A stretch of DNA of 64,000 nt from Patescibacteria group bacterium (GTDB taxonomy: Bacteria; Patescibacteriota; Minisyncoccia; UBA6257; GWB1-50-10). Every line of letters starts with the position of its first letter. Within the stretch, counting starts at the first letter, position 1. The notes beneath the pieces were generated by a model. It was not told the DNA's origin and searched no databases. It was given only the letters and a program-made list of their open reading frames with translations. Positions 30,015-38,459 of the stretch are shown one piece after another. A program made the position numbers and the translations under genes. The stretch spans positions 235,010-299,009 of the forward strand of contig JANBVK010000001.1 of assembly GCA_024239035.1 (NCBI GenBank), read 5' to 3'.

Positions 30015-30512
30015 TTAAATTTTCTTAAAAAGTTCGGTATCCATTATTCTCCACCACATCATTTCCTCGCTTACTTTGTATCTCTGAGCCAGTGATTTCA
30101 CATCTTTAATTCCTTCTGCAAAATCTCTTTTCAAAAAATCAATTGGCACTAAAAGCTCTGCCGCAAATTTGTTTACGGCTGTTTCTTCGGGATTCTTAGA
30201 ATTGAAATCATCACCATTATTTCGCAAATCGGCATGTCCCAATATCAGATGCCCTAATTCGTGTGCAATTGTAAATCGTTGACGATGTGGGTGATGATCT
30301 CGATTGTATGCAATTACATGTTTTTTGTTTTTGCTAATATGCGCGCCGGAAACCTTATTGATAAAAGAATGCGACACGAGTTCAATTATAATCTTTCGCT
30401 TCCTGCTAATATGTTGAATAACTTCTTTAATACCAATAGGAGGGTTATTTATTTGTAGTTCACTGATAATTCGACGCGCTAATTTTTGTGGGAATTGTAT
30501 TTTACTTTTCAT
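30015..30512 (-). CDS. ImmA/IrrE-family (COG2856, DUF955) zinc metallopeptidase
   Basis: HEXXH motif in context: FTIAHELGHLILGH. 165 aa; the start overlaps the methyltransferase stop by 4 nt. Confidence 0.75.
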   Translation of the reverse strand: MKSKIQFPQKLARRIISELQINNPPIGIKEVIQHISRKRKIIIELVSHSFINKVSGAHISKNKKHVIAYNRDHHPHRQRFTIAHELGHLILGHADLRNNGDDFNSKNPEETAVNKFAAELLVPIDFLKRDFAEGIKDVKSLAQRYKVSEEMMWWRIMDTELFKKI

Positions 30513-31864
30513 AATTTCTTTTTAAGTATATCGATTGAATATTGAAGTTTTCGCTCTTCTTCTACTGTCAACCCCTGTTCAGACCTAAAAGCGACCTTAA
30601 CTACTGGATCATTTCTTTTAACAACGGTTCCTCCGTAACTTAATGGGAACCTTCTATCTATCAATTTTGGCTCAATCGCTTGATTGAGCACTTGTTTTAT
30701 TTCAAAAACATTTGCACGAGAACTTTTCTTTGTCGAATCAATTATAATAACAAACTCCGTATTGTGTCCTCTATCCTCTACGTTGACCCCAGAATATCTT
30801 TGTGAACTTACTCTATATCGTTTATATTTCTTAAGCACTATGTCGAGGTATCCTTTATCAGCAAACATATCTAACAGCGTATTGAAATTTACCAAACCAT
30901 CCGTGGAGTAACTTATTAAAATAAATCTGGCTTTTAATTTACTGATTAATTCTCTAAATGCTTCTGTGGCCGTATCTCGATAGCAATAGAAGCTCTTTCT
31001 CTCGGTTCGCCAATCCAATCTGATAGCCGATTTGTTGACCGTTTTGCCATTGACCAAAATCTCTTTGTTAATTTTTGGTTTATCCCAGAGGTCAATAGTG
31101 CTCAAAAGATGGTAATTTGAACCATATTGATGTTGATTATATGGAGGGTCTATATAAGCAATATCGCACTTAATATTAGAAGCCAACTCATTTGCGTCCT
31201 CTTTATATACGTTATTTTCTTTACCGTTATTGTGAAAAAGTGGCGGCTCAATCGTTAATCGACTTCTGATTCTATAGAGAGCAGTGCTCGTTGATCCACC
31301 CCACCCCCGATGATAGGCCTTGAAAACACCTGAGGTATTACTGCAGTAAGCTCCTTGAAAAATTAGTGGCGCTAACAAAACTCGCATCTCACTTTCATTG
31401 ATAGTTCCATCCTCTCTCCACTCTCGTATCTTTTCTCTGATCGCATCAATTCGTCGACCGTTCTCTTGCGTATAGAACATACGTTCTTTATCAGGGTTAG
31501 GATTTTCATCATTTGCTGGGCAATAGTACGTAGCAATATAGCCTTTGATTGGTTTGAGATTATTCAAAATACCAAACGCCTTCTGCATTCCGCCTAATTT
31601 TCTAAATGTTGGCGGGCGGTTTCGTTTAATATAGGTATGGTTGATCGTATAAGAATACGGCTCCCAATCATTACTAATGACTTGGTAGCCAAAAACTTTG
31701 GCTAATCTTGATATCACACCGCTACCTGCGAATACATCAAAAAACACGCCGGAGTTCACGCCAGTTTTGCGAACCGCTTGTTCAATAAGAGGCACTAACC
31801 GCCTTTTGTTCCCTATATAGGGTATGAGCTGATTATATGTAAAACTATCTTGATTGCGCGGCAT
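30509..31864 (-). CDS. N6-adenine DNA methyltransferase (Dam-like D12 class) of a type II restriction-modification system
   Basis: IPYIGNKRRL (Dam KWAGGK-equivalent region), FAGSGVIS (FxGxG SAM-binding motif) and catalytic DPPY. Confidence 0.8.
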   Translation of the reverse strand: MPRNQDSFTYNQLIPYIGNKRRLVPLIEQAVRKTGVNSGVFFDVFAGSGVISRLAKVFGYQVISNDWEPYSYTINHTYIKRNRPPTFRKLGGMQKAFGILNNLKPIKGYIATYYCPANDENPNPDKERMFYTQENGRRIDAIREKIREWREDGTINESEMRVLLAPLIFQGAYCSNTSGVFKAYHRGWGGSTSTALYRIRSRLTIEPPLFHNNGKENNVYKEDANELASNIKCDIAYIDPPYNQHQYGSNYHLLSTIDLWDKPKINKEILVNGKTVNKSAIRLDWRTERKSFYCYRDTATEAFRELISKLKARFILISYSTDGLVNFNTLLDMFADKGYLDIVLKKYKRYRVSSQRYSGVNVEDRGHNTEFVIIIDSTKKSSRANVFEIKQVLNQAIEPKLIDRRFPLSYGGTVVKRNDPVVKVAFRSEQGLTVEEERKLQYSIDILKKKL

Positions 31865-31865
31865 A

Positions 31866-33383
31866 TTATCTTTGAGTTTGGGTATCCCTTATGAGGTTAT
31901 GCCAAAGTTTCTCTACATTAATGATCGGAATTTTGATCTTTTTCTTAGTAGTATAGATGTCATTCGGATAATTGCTGATCCATGCAGCTACAAATCTTGA
32001 TCGGGTAATATCGTCTTTCGGAGACTCGTGCGCACTAAACTCGAATGCATCATATTCTGCCTCAATTTCAAATAGTCGACCTTTATAACTATCAACATTT
32101 TGAATGATATCATGACGGATCGAAAATAAGTCCATTAAATCCAAAGATTTAAGTGATTTATTAAACCTTTCAGCAGGAACGAGGTCATCTAAATAAATAC
32201 AAAGGAGATCTGGATAGGCCGTATCCACCCGCACCACGAGAATTATCTTTTCTTCTTTGTCTTGTTTAACCTTAAGAGCTTTAGCTAAGCTTAGATTTTC
32301 TATATAGGAAATAACATTTACTTCTTGGTTTGCCTCTTTATACTTTTTAATAAGTTTAATTTTGTCCTCGAACGTACTTGTAATTTGGGCATGTAGCTGT
32401 TCTCTATATTTTTTGAGACGAGCGTTTTGAAATGGCGCGGTGTATGGAGCTTTACTAATGTCCTCAATTTTATTTAACTTGTGATATTCCGCGAGCGGGA
32501 GTATTGGTTGGCCTGTTTTGAAATATAACCATTCCTCACCGTTTTTAGGCTTAATAAAAAAGTAAAAGATATTAGCGGCGTCAGGTTCTAATTTTTTAAA
32601 CACTAAATTATCGAGGACTCGAAACGGGATAGTGTAAAAATCTTTATATTCCAAATCATCTGTTAATATTTTGAAAACAAAATTCGGGCAGTTTTGATGG
32701 TAGATAAAACTTTTTGGTATCGAGTAATAAATCCTCGGATGAGATTTAAGTATCTCCTCATAAGGTATCGTCGGATACGGAATATAAATATGTTCGCGCT
32801 TGTTGGTTTCAAAACAAGCCTTCCGTTGCTCAAAAAAATATTGAGACACTTTCCTGCCGCTGTTTGATATCTCTTGGATCACTGCACGCTTCGGCCACTT
32901 TTTATCATAATCTCGCAATTTAAATTCTTGAGTTTTGCGATCCAAGAAAACCTGTAACGCTTTCTCTACTTCTTGTTTGAATGCTTCAAACTTTTTATTG
33001 CTGACTTTCGTGATGTTTGTAAATTGAGGTTCAACATCACCGTCCGATCGAACCCTAAAAAGCAGGATACCATCTTTTATTGGTCTAAATAAAATCTCAG
33101 GTAACCTGTAGTAGTAATCATCAGAACCTCTAACAAGACCTATCGCATTGAGAACCATTGAAATGTTGCCGGGGAGCCCCCGTAAAAATGAGCGAATCTT
33201 TTTTTCTGGTACTGACCTACCAATACCCATCATCATTCCGATATAAGCAGGGTTGTCGCGAAAAAACTTTAGAATGTCATTAGTTGAAAATCGATTTGCT
33301 TTCAGCTTGCCATGTTGGACAAAAATGAGAAACTTTAATGGGACGCGGTCTTTTTTAATAACCATGGTTTGGGGATTATCCAC
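31866..33383 (-). CDS. Putative cognate restriction endonuclease (505 aa hypothetical), 1 nt upstream of the methyltransferase gene
   Basis: Position and tight coupling to the methyltransferase; no conserved motif expected or seen. Confidence 0.45.
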   Translation of the reverse strand: MDNPQTMVIKKDRVPLKFLIFVQHGKLKANRFSTNDILKFFRDNPAYIGMMMGIGRSVPEKKIRSFLRGLPGNISMVLNAIGLVRGSDDYYYRLPEILFRPIKDGILLFRVRSDGDVEPQFTNITKVSNKKFEAFKQEVEKALQVFLDRKTQEFKLRDYDKKWPKRAVIQEISNSGRKVSQYFFEQRKACFETNKREHIYIPYPTIPYEEILKSHPRIYYSIPKSFIYHQNCPNFVFKILTDDLEYKDFYTIPFRVLDNLVFKKLEPDAANIFYFFIKPKNGEEWLYFKTGQPILPLAEYHKLNKIEDISKAPYTAPFQNARLKKYREQLHAQITSTFEDKIKLIKKYKEANQEVNVISYIENLSLAKALKVKQDKEEKIILVVRVDTAYPDLLCIYLDDLVPAERFNKSLKSLDLMDLFSIRHDIIQNVDSYKGRLFEIEAEYDAFEFSAHESPKDDITRSRFVAAWISNYPNDIYTTKKKIKIPIINVEKLWHNLIRDTQTQR

Positions 33384-33444
33384 GCTTTATTCCATTATAT
33401 ACTATCGTTCTGATTTTAAGTAGTTAATAGTATATAAATCAAAA

Positions 33445-33708
33445 TCAGAGATCTGGCCTATCCTGCCAATCGTCATAAAGCGGCACAGCAACATAAATCG
33501 CAATTAAAAAAATAAACGCCAAAAAGGCGATGAAGACAACCCAAAACCATCTCTTTTCTCCCGGAGAGACTTTTTTTTCCGAGTTTTTAGAATTAAAAAA
33601 ATTAGGGCCGGAGGTCCCACGTTGCTCATCCATAGCCGAGTTTTTTGACCCGAATCGGAGGTATTCTTTCTTTAATTTAAGTCTTATAAAGCTTCTACTT
33701 ACTGTCAA
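33445..33708 (-). CDS. Small protein with C-terminal TM anchor
   Basis: 87 aa; C-terminal WFWVVFIAFLAFIFLIAIYVAV helix. Confidence 0.4.
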   Translation of the reverse strand: MTVSRSFIRLKLKKEYLRFGSKNSAMDEQRGTSGPNFFNSKNSEKKVSPGEKRWFWVVFIAFLAFIFLIAIYVAVPLYDDWQDRPDL

Positions 33709-33797
33709 CCCCGTACAATTACACCGCTCGCGCTATCCGAGCGCAAAAGACACGAAGTGGCGGTGTAATTATACGGGATCAAGACAAATCTTCCATC

Positions 33798-33892
33798 GTC
33801 TTCACTTTGTCCACATATGTGGATAAACTGAAGACATGTTCCGTAAATTGAGTTGTCCTCACTTTATCCACATATGTGGGGCTTTTGAAGAC
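33798..33892. repeat. Two tandem palindromes of family R3 (33798-33835 GTCTTCACTTTGTCCACATATGTGGATAAACTGAAGAC; 33855-33892 GTCCTCACTTTATCCACATATGTGGGGCTTTTGAAGAC) in the divergent promoter region of the PaaX-like regulator gene
   Basis: Each contains perfect TTATCCACA / TGTGGATAA DnaA-box 9-mers. Confidence 0.85.
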
Positions 33893-33924
33893 AGATAATA
33901 TTGTTATAATTCGGTAACACAAAA

Positions 33925-34440
33925 ATGGCTAAAACTTCTCGCGACACGTGGAAACATATAAGGGAGTGGAGCGGCTTCTTCAAAGACGAAAAAGCCGTTA
34001 CCGAAGCATCGGTGGACAAATTCCTGACGCATCACAAAAAAAGAAAACACTTGAAACAAAGTTTGGACCGCCTTATCAAACGCGGATTTATAAAAGAGCG
34101 AGGCGGCAAACTCACTCCAACAGATAACGGCATCCGCTTTTTCCGAAAGCATACCGGCGCGCGGCAAAACCCAAAGCGGTGGGACGGCAAATGGCGCTTA
34201 ATATCTTTTGACGTGCCGGGTGGCTACAGCATAAAACGCGACCAGCTGCGAGCGCTCCTTAAAGAGTTTAATTTCTATCCCCTGCAGAAAAGTGTGTGGG
34301 TGTGCCCAAGTTATGTCGCAGATGAGTTTTGGAAACTGGTGACCGGATATGATCTCGATAAATATTGCAAAGTAATGCTCGTAGATATTGTAGAAGGAGA
34401 CAAAGAATTAAAAAATCATTTCAGGCGATTTATTAGTTAA
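33925..34440 (+). CDS. PaaX-family-like transcriptional regulator (winged-helix plus PaaX C-terminal-like domain)
   Basis: WDGKWRLISFDVPGGYSIKRDQLRALLKEFNFYPLQKSVWVCP matches the PaaX_C pattern (W.G.W.L..FD.P......R..LR..L...GF..LQ.SVW). Confidence 0.6.
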   Translation: MAKTSRDTWKHIREWSGFFKDEKAVTEASVDKFLTHHKKRKHLKQSLDRLIKRGFIKERGGKLTPTDNGIRFFRKHTGARQNPKRWDGKWRLISFDVPGGYSIKRDQLRALLKEFNFYPLQKSVWVCPSYVADEFWKLVTGYDLDKYCKVMLVDIVEGDKELKNHFRRFIS

Positions 34441-35693
34441 CGTTTCTTTCTCTTTCTTAAAAACGCCGGGATGTCCCACTCTGATTTATGAGAGTCTTTT
34501 TTCTTTGCGCTTTTCTTACCTCTCGTATCCTCCTCTCTTTCTTCCGCCTCCTTCACACTTCCTTCGTCTTTTATCTCCGTCACGCCTTCTTCCTTTAGTT
34601 CATCTTTTAGGAAAAGAGACGGCATACCCAAACGATTGCTGCTCATCAAGCCGTTGAACCCGGTGGCAACCACCGTTACTTTAATGCTCTTGTCTTTGAG
34701 ACTGCGGTCATAGTAAGCGCCGAAAATTACCTTAGCATTGGCGTCCAGGTTGGCTGAGATGGTTTTAGCTACCTCGTTTATTTCCGCCATTTTCAAGTCT
34801 CTCCCGCCGGCGACGCTAAAGAGTACCCGTTTTGCACCATCAGTGGAAATCTCAAGAAGAGGGGAATTAATTGCGGCTTTCGTCGCCTTCAGGCTCCGGT
34901 CGGCGCCCGAGGCAATACCGATGCCAATCAGCGTCGGTCCAGAATCTTTGATAATTGCCTTAATATCAGAAAAATCAACGTTTATAATGCCTGGTGCGTT
35001 TATAAGGTCAGCAACAGCACTAACCGCCTGCTGGAGAACCTCATCAACAAAACTGAAGGCGCGGGCGACAGAAGTGTCTTTGCTAATCAAACCAAAAATC
35101 CGGTCATTGGGAATTACAACCAGGGCATCAACTTTATCCTTCAAATTACTAAGTCCTTCTTGGGCAATCCTCGATCGATCCATTCCTTCGAATGAAAACG
35201 GCTTGGTAACGATGGCAACTGTCAAAATATTTTTTTCTTTTGCCGTCTCGGCAATAACAGGGAGAGCTCCAGTGCCGGTGCCGCCGCCAAAACCAGCGGT
35301 GAGAAAAACAATATCCGTCCCTTCCAACGCTTCTATAATTTCCGAACGGTTTTCTTCAGCCGCTTGCTTGCCGACATCCGGATTCATGCCGGCACCAAGT
35401 CCACGAGTAAGAGCTTTACCAATGTAAATTTTACGGTGAGCCAGCGTATGATTTAGGTCCTGAGTGTCTGTGTTTATAGCAAGGAATTGAACGCCTCGCA
35501 TCCGGTTCCCTTCCATCATTCTGGTTACGGCATTGCCGCCGCCGCCGCCAACTCCGACAACCTTAATAGACGTAACACCCGATTTTGCTTTACTCGGAGA
35601 TCTCAACTTTAATACCCTCCTTGCCTTTCTTGCTGGCCTTGATCTGGGTCTGGATCTTTTTAGTTTGGGTCTTCTTCTTATTCTTCTTGCCAT
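34437..35693 (-). CDS. ftsZ: Cell division GTPase FtsZ, with Arg-rich N-terminal extension if the ATG at 35693 is used
   Basis: IKVVGVGGGGGNAV tubulin signature, GTP-binding NTDAQ-equivalent, C-terminal conserved peptide DIPAFLRKRKK. Confidence 0.9.
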   Translation of the reverse strand: MARRIRRRPKLKRSRPRSRPARKARRVLKLRSPSKAKSGVTSIKVVGVGGGGGNAVTRMMEGNRMRGVQFLAINTDTQDLNHTLAHRKIYIGKALTRGLGAGMNPDVGKQAAEENRSEIIEALEGTDIVFLTAGFGGGTGTGALPVIAETAKEKNILTVAIVTKPFSFEGMDRSRIAQEGLSNLKDKVDALVVIPNDRIFGLISKDTSVARAFSFVDEVLQQAVSAVADLINAPGIINVDFSDIKAIIKDSGPTLIGIGIASGADRSLKATKAAINSPLLEISTDGAKRVLFSVAGGRDLKMAEINEVAKTISANLDANAKVIFGAYYDRSLKDKSIKVTVVATGFNGLMSSNRLGMPSLFLKDELKEEGVTEIKDEGSVKEAEEREEDTRGKKSAKKKDSHKSEWDIPAFLRKRKKR

Positions 35694-35704
35694 AATTATT
35701 GTTC

Positions 35705-36922
35705 CTACGGCACGAGGTTCCTAAAAAACTTTCTAACCCCGCCGATACTGCCTCCCGATTTTCTATTCTCTGAGTCTGCCCATAAAACCAATCCCACCGC
35801 CGTAGAAAATTCAGGATCATCCAGAAGTTCTTTGTGGGCGGAATTCAAAATCTCAAAACTACCAAGCTCCGGATAACCAACGTGGGCCGGCAACCGCAAC
35901 TCCCGCCTCACTAATTCAACCATACCGGCCAGCTTAACTCCTCCCCCAGTTACAACAACACCGGCTGGAAGCTGGGTGCTTCGCCCCAAGGCTTTCAGCT
36001 CATTATTAACAAGATCCAATATTTCCGCAACTCTGATTTCAATAATTTCAGCAAGGAAGCGCCTTGAAATGTCACCTTTGGCGGTGGGGTCAAAATCAAC
36101 AAGTTCAATTGTTTCTCTCCTTGAAATTTCCCTGGCAAGGGCGAATCCGTGGGTTAGCTTCAGTTTTTCGGCAGCATCAATTGAAGTTTTAAAACCAACG
36201 GCAATGTCATTGGTGATATACCCCACGCCAACCGGCAAACTCTTTACGTGCGTAACTTTATTTTCTTCAAAAATGGCCATCGAAGTGGCTCCAAAACCGA
36301 AGTCAATCATTAAAACCCCCAAATCTTTCTGCTTTTTCGTCAGTGTCGCCCGGGCGGCGGCAAGCGGGCTAAAAATTAAACCACCAACCCGGATCCCCAC
36401 CCGTTCCAAACTTTTTACAAGAAGATTAACTTGGGGTGAAAAAGCTTCAACAATAAGAGTAGATACTTCCAGTCGATTACCGGTCATCCCTAAGGGGTCG
36501 TGGATATCGCCCACGTCGTCAATAAAATACTCACGTGCGATGTTATGAAGAATCAAATGATTCGGCGAAAGCTTAACTGCCCGCGACCCTTGAATAACTT
36601 TTTCAATGTCGTCTTGCTGGATTTCTTGGTCAGGCCGGGAGACCACGACCACCCCTCTGGAATTACGAGGTTTAATATTCTCGCCGTTTACATTTACAAA
36701 AACGTTATGAACAGTCTTTTTAGAAATTTTCTGGAGATCAACAACTAAATCTCTCAAAATCCTAGTTGCGTCCTCCACGTCCACTAAAAGCCCTTTACGC
36801 AGGCCCGATGAGGGGTATTTAAGAGCAGCGACAACCGAGAGCTTGCCTTTTTTCTTCTCTTCGGCCACGACGCACTTTATCTGAGACGAGCCGATATCTA
36901 AACCAGTGATTATATTAGCCAT
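35705..36922 (-). CDS. ftsA: Cell division protein FtsA (actin-like ATPase)
   Basis: N-terminal GLDIGSSQIKCVVAE, phosphate-2 and adenosine motifs; 405 aa; directly upstream of ftsZ. Confidence 0.9.
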   Translation of the reverse strand: MANIITGLDIGSSQIKCVVAEEKKKGKLSVVAALKYPSSGLRKGLLVDVEDATRILRDLVVDLQKISKKTVHNVFVNVNGENIKPRNSRGVVVVSRPDQEIQQDDIEKVIQGSRAVKLSPNHLILHNIAREYFIDDVGDIHDPLGMTGNRLEVSTLIVEAFSPQVNLLVKSLERVGIRVGGLIFSPLAAARATLTKKQKDLGVLMIDFGFGATSMAIFEENKVTHVKSLPVGVGYITNDIAVGFKTSIDAAEKLKLTHGFALAREISRRETIELVDFDPTAKGDISRRFLAEIIEIRVAEILDLVNNELKALGRSTQLPAGVVVTGGGVKLAGMVELVRRELRLPAHVGYPELGSFEILNSAHKELLDDPEFSTAVGLVLWADSENRKSGGSIGGVRKFFRNLVP

Positions 36923-37328
36923 ATGAGAGTATTTTCTCTTCTAATCGTTCCATCTCTATCCTATCACTCTTTTTCGTGTGTGTGTATCCCAAGAGGTGGA
37001 GCAAGCCATGAATCGTGAGACGGCCTAAATTTTCTCCTCGACGGTGAATATGGCCCGGTGCCAGGTAAATCTCACCAAGGTAAGAAAGACGGCTCTCCGG
37101 ATGCGGCCATTTTTCTGATCGTTCTTTAAAACTCAAAACGTCAGTAATTTTATCCCTTTTGCGAAACTCTTTATTCAACAACTGCATCCTCTGGTCGCTA
37201 ATAAGGTATATTTCCAGTTGAACACCACCTTTCTTAAGGTAAGTTAGAGCAAGCTTAGCTGCTTCTTTAGCCTCTTTCTCCAACCCTCTAAATTTCTTAC
37301 TCAAACTAAAAACGGATACTCTGTTCAT
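36915..37328 (-). CDS. ybeY: rRNA maturation endoribonuclease YbeY
   Basis: HGLLHLLGYTH (H-x-x-x-H-x-x-x-x-x-H zinc motif), 137 aa. Confidence 0.85.
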   Translation of the reverse strand: MNRVSVFSLSKKFRGLEKEAKEAAKLALTYLKKGGVQLEIYLISDQRMQLLNKEFRKRDKITDVLSFKERSEKWPHPESRLSYLGEIYLAPGHIHRRGENLGRLTIHGLLHLLGYTHTKKSDRIEMERLEEKILSYG

Positions 37329-37347
37329 GCTGAACCGATTTGTTCTA

Positions 37348-37824
37348 CTACTCGTGAACTCCCTCTAATTTCTTTTTTATTAATCCGGCAACCATTTGTG
37401 CGTCGGCCTTGCCTTTAAGCTGTTTCATTGCATCCCCCATCACTTTACCAAAATCAGCCGGACCTCCCGGTTTCACTCGCACCATTGTCTCGTCAAGAAT
37501 TTTTACTATCTCCTCCTCATTCATCTGGGAAGGCAGATACTCCTCAATAATGTTAAGTTCTTTCTCCTCCTTCTCGGCTAATTCGCCTCTCTTTCCTTTC
37601 TTATACATTTCAATCGCCTCTTTCCTCTTTTTCGCTTCTTTTCTTAAAACCTCTAAAACCTCATCATCTCCCAGGACAACTTCTTTCCCTTCACTCTTTC
37701 CTTTCTTCTCAATTTCTAAGTTATGAGTTGCCGAGAGGACCAAGCGTAGAGTTCCGCTTCGCAACCCATCCTTTTCCTTCAATGCTTGAACTAAGTCACT
37801 CTTTATTTTCTCCTCCAATGTCAT
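37348..37824 (-). CDS. GatB/YqeY-domain protein
   Basis: Helical 158-aa protein with the YqeY-like pattern (LKEKD...RLVLSA...). Confidence 0.6.
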   Translation of the reverse strand: MTLEEKIKSDLVQALKEKDGLRSGTLRLVLSATHNLEIEKKGKSEGKEVVLGDDEVLEVLRKEAKKRKEAIEMYKKGKRGELAEKEEKELNIIEEYLPSQMNEEEIVKILDETMVRVKPGGPADFGKVMGDAMKQLKGKADAQMVAGLIKKKLEGVHE

Positions 37825-38036
37825 GAATGGCCGTATTTTCTCTGCCGAGCAACTTGTTTCTTTTTTTGGATGCGATAAAGAGCAGAAGCGCGCCGTTTGT
37901 TGCGATTCACATTTCTGGAATGAAAACGCCTTTTCTTTGCTTCTTTAAGAATTCCGCTTTGCCTAATCCTCTTATTAAAGCGGTATAGAAACGAGCCTAG
38001 ACTTTCTCCTTCCTTTTTTTTTATTTCGATGGGCAT
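37821..38036 (-). CDS. rpsU: Ribosomal protein S21
   Basis: MPIEIKKKEGESLGSFLYRFNKRIRQSGILKEAKKRRFH fits the S21 family pattern. Confidence 0.85.
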   Translation of the reverse strand: MPIEIKKKEGESLGSFLYRFNKRIRQSGILKEAKKRRFHSRNVNRNKRRASALYRIQKKKQVARQRKYGHS

Positions 38037-38048
38037 ATACGTTAAAAA

Positions 38049-38459
38049 TTAGCTCGCTTTCAAAATTTTTTCTTTTATCACCTGTAATGACTCCTTCGGC
38101 GGGTTGTTGACCACTCCGTGAATGGAGGTACCGCCGTCGCTATTATAACGAGGAATAACAAGAACATGCAAGTGGTCGATCGCCTGACCAACTTTATGGT
38201 TAATGCCTATCGTAAAGCCGTCTGGTTTAATCGTTTTATCCAAAAGGTCGGTAACTTTCTTCACTGCTCGGAATAAAAGATTAACCTCATCATCCGAAAG
38301 TTCAAGAATGTTCTCGGCATGAGTTCTTGGTATAACTACTGTTTGACCCGGCGCGAGCGGATTCACATCTAATAAACCAAGTGCCGACTCATCTTCATAA
38401 ATAATGTTATCGGCAGGAACTTCCTTATTAGCTATCTTACAAAATAGACAATCACTCAT
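38049..38459 (-). CDS. HIT-family (histidine triad) nucleotide hydrolase
   Basis: CLFCKI N-terminus and histidine triad HLHVLVIP. Confidence 0.85.
   Translation of the reverse strand: MSDCLFCKIANKEVPADNIIYEDESALGLLDVNPLAPGQTVVIPRTHAENILELSDDEVNLLFRAVKKVTDLLDKTIKPDGFTIGINHKVGQAIDHLHVLVIPRYNSDGGTSIHGVVNNPPKESLQVIKEKILKAS

Noticed and set aside
23240-33892. CRISPR array or oriC interpretation of the palindromic repeats
   Set aside because: Copies are irregularly spaced over 10 kb, are themselves palindromic and have no cas genes nearby, so this is not CRISPR. The DnaA-box-like 9-mers are dispersed rather than clustered and no dnaA gene is adjacent, so they are unlikely to be oriC.
34738-36548. 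Long antisense ORFs (229 aa and 190 aa) on the plus strand opposite ftsZ and ftsA
   Set aside because: They fully overlap strongly supported ftsZ and ftsA coding sequence and have low-complexity Ala/Ser/Pro composition typical of antisense frames in GC-skewed codons.
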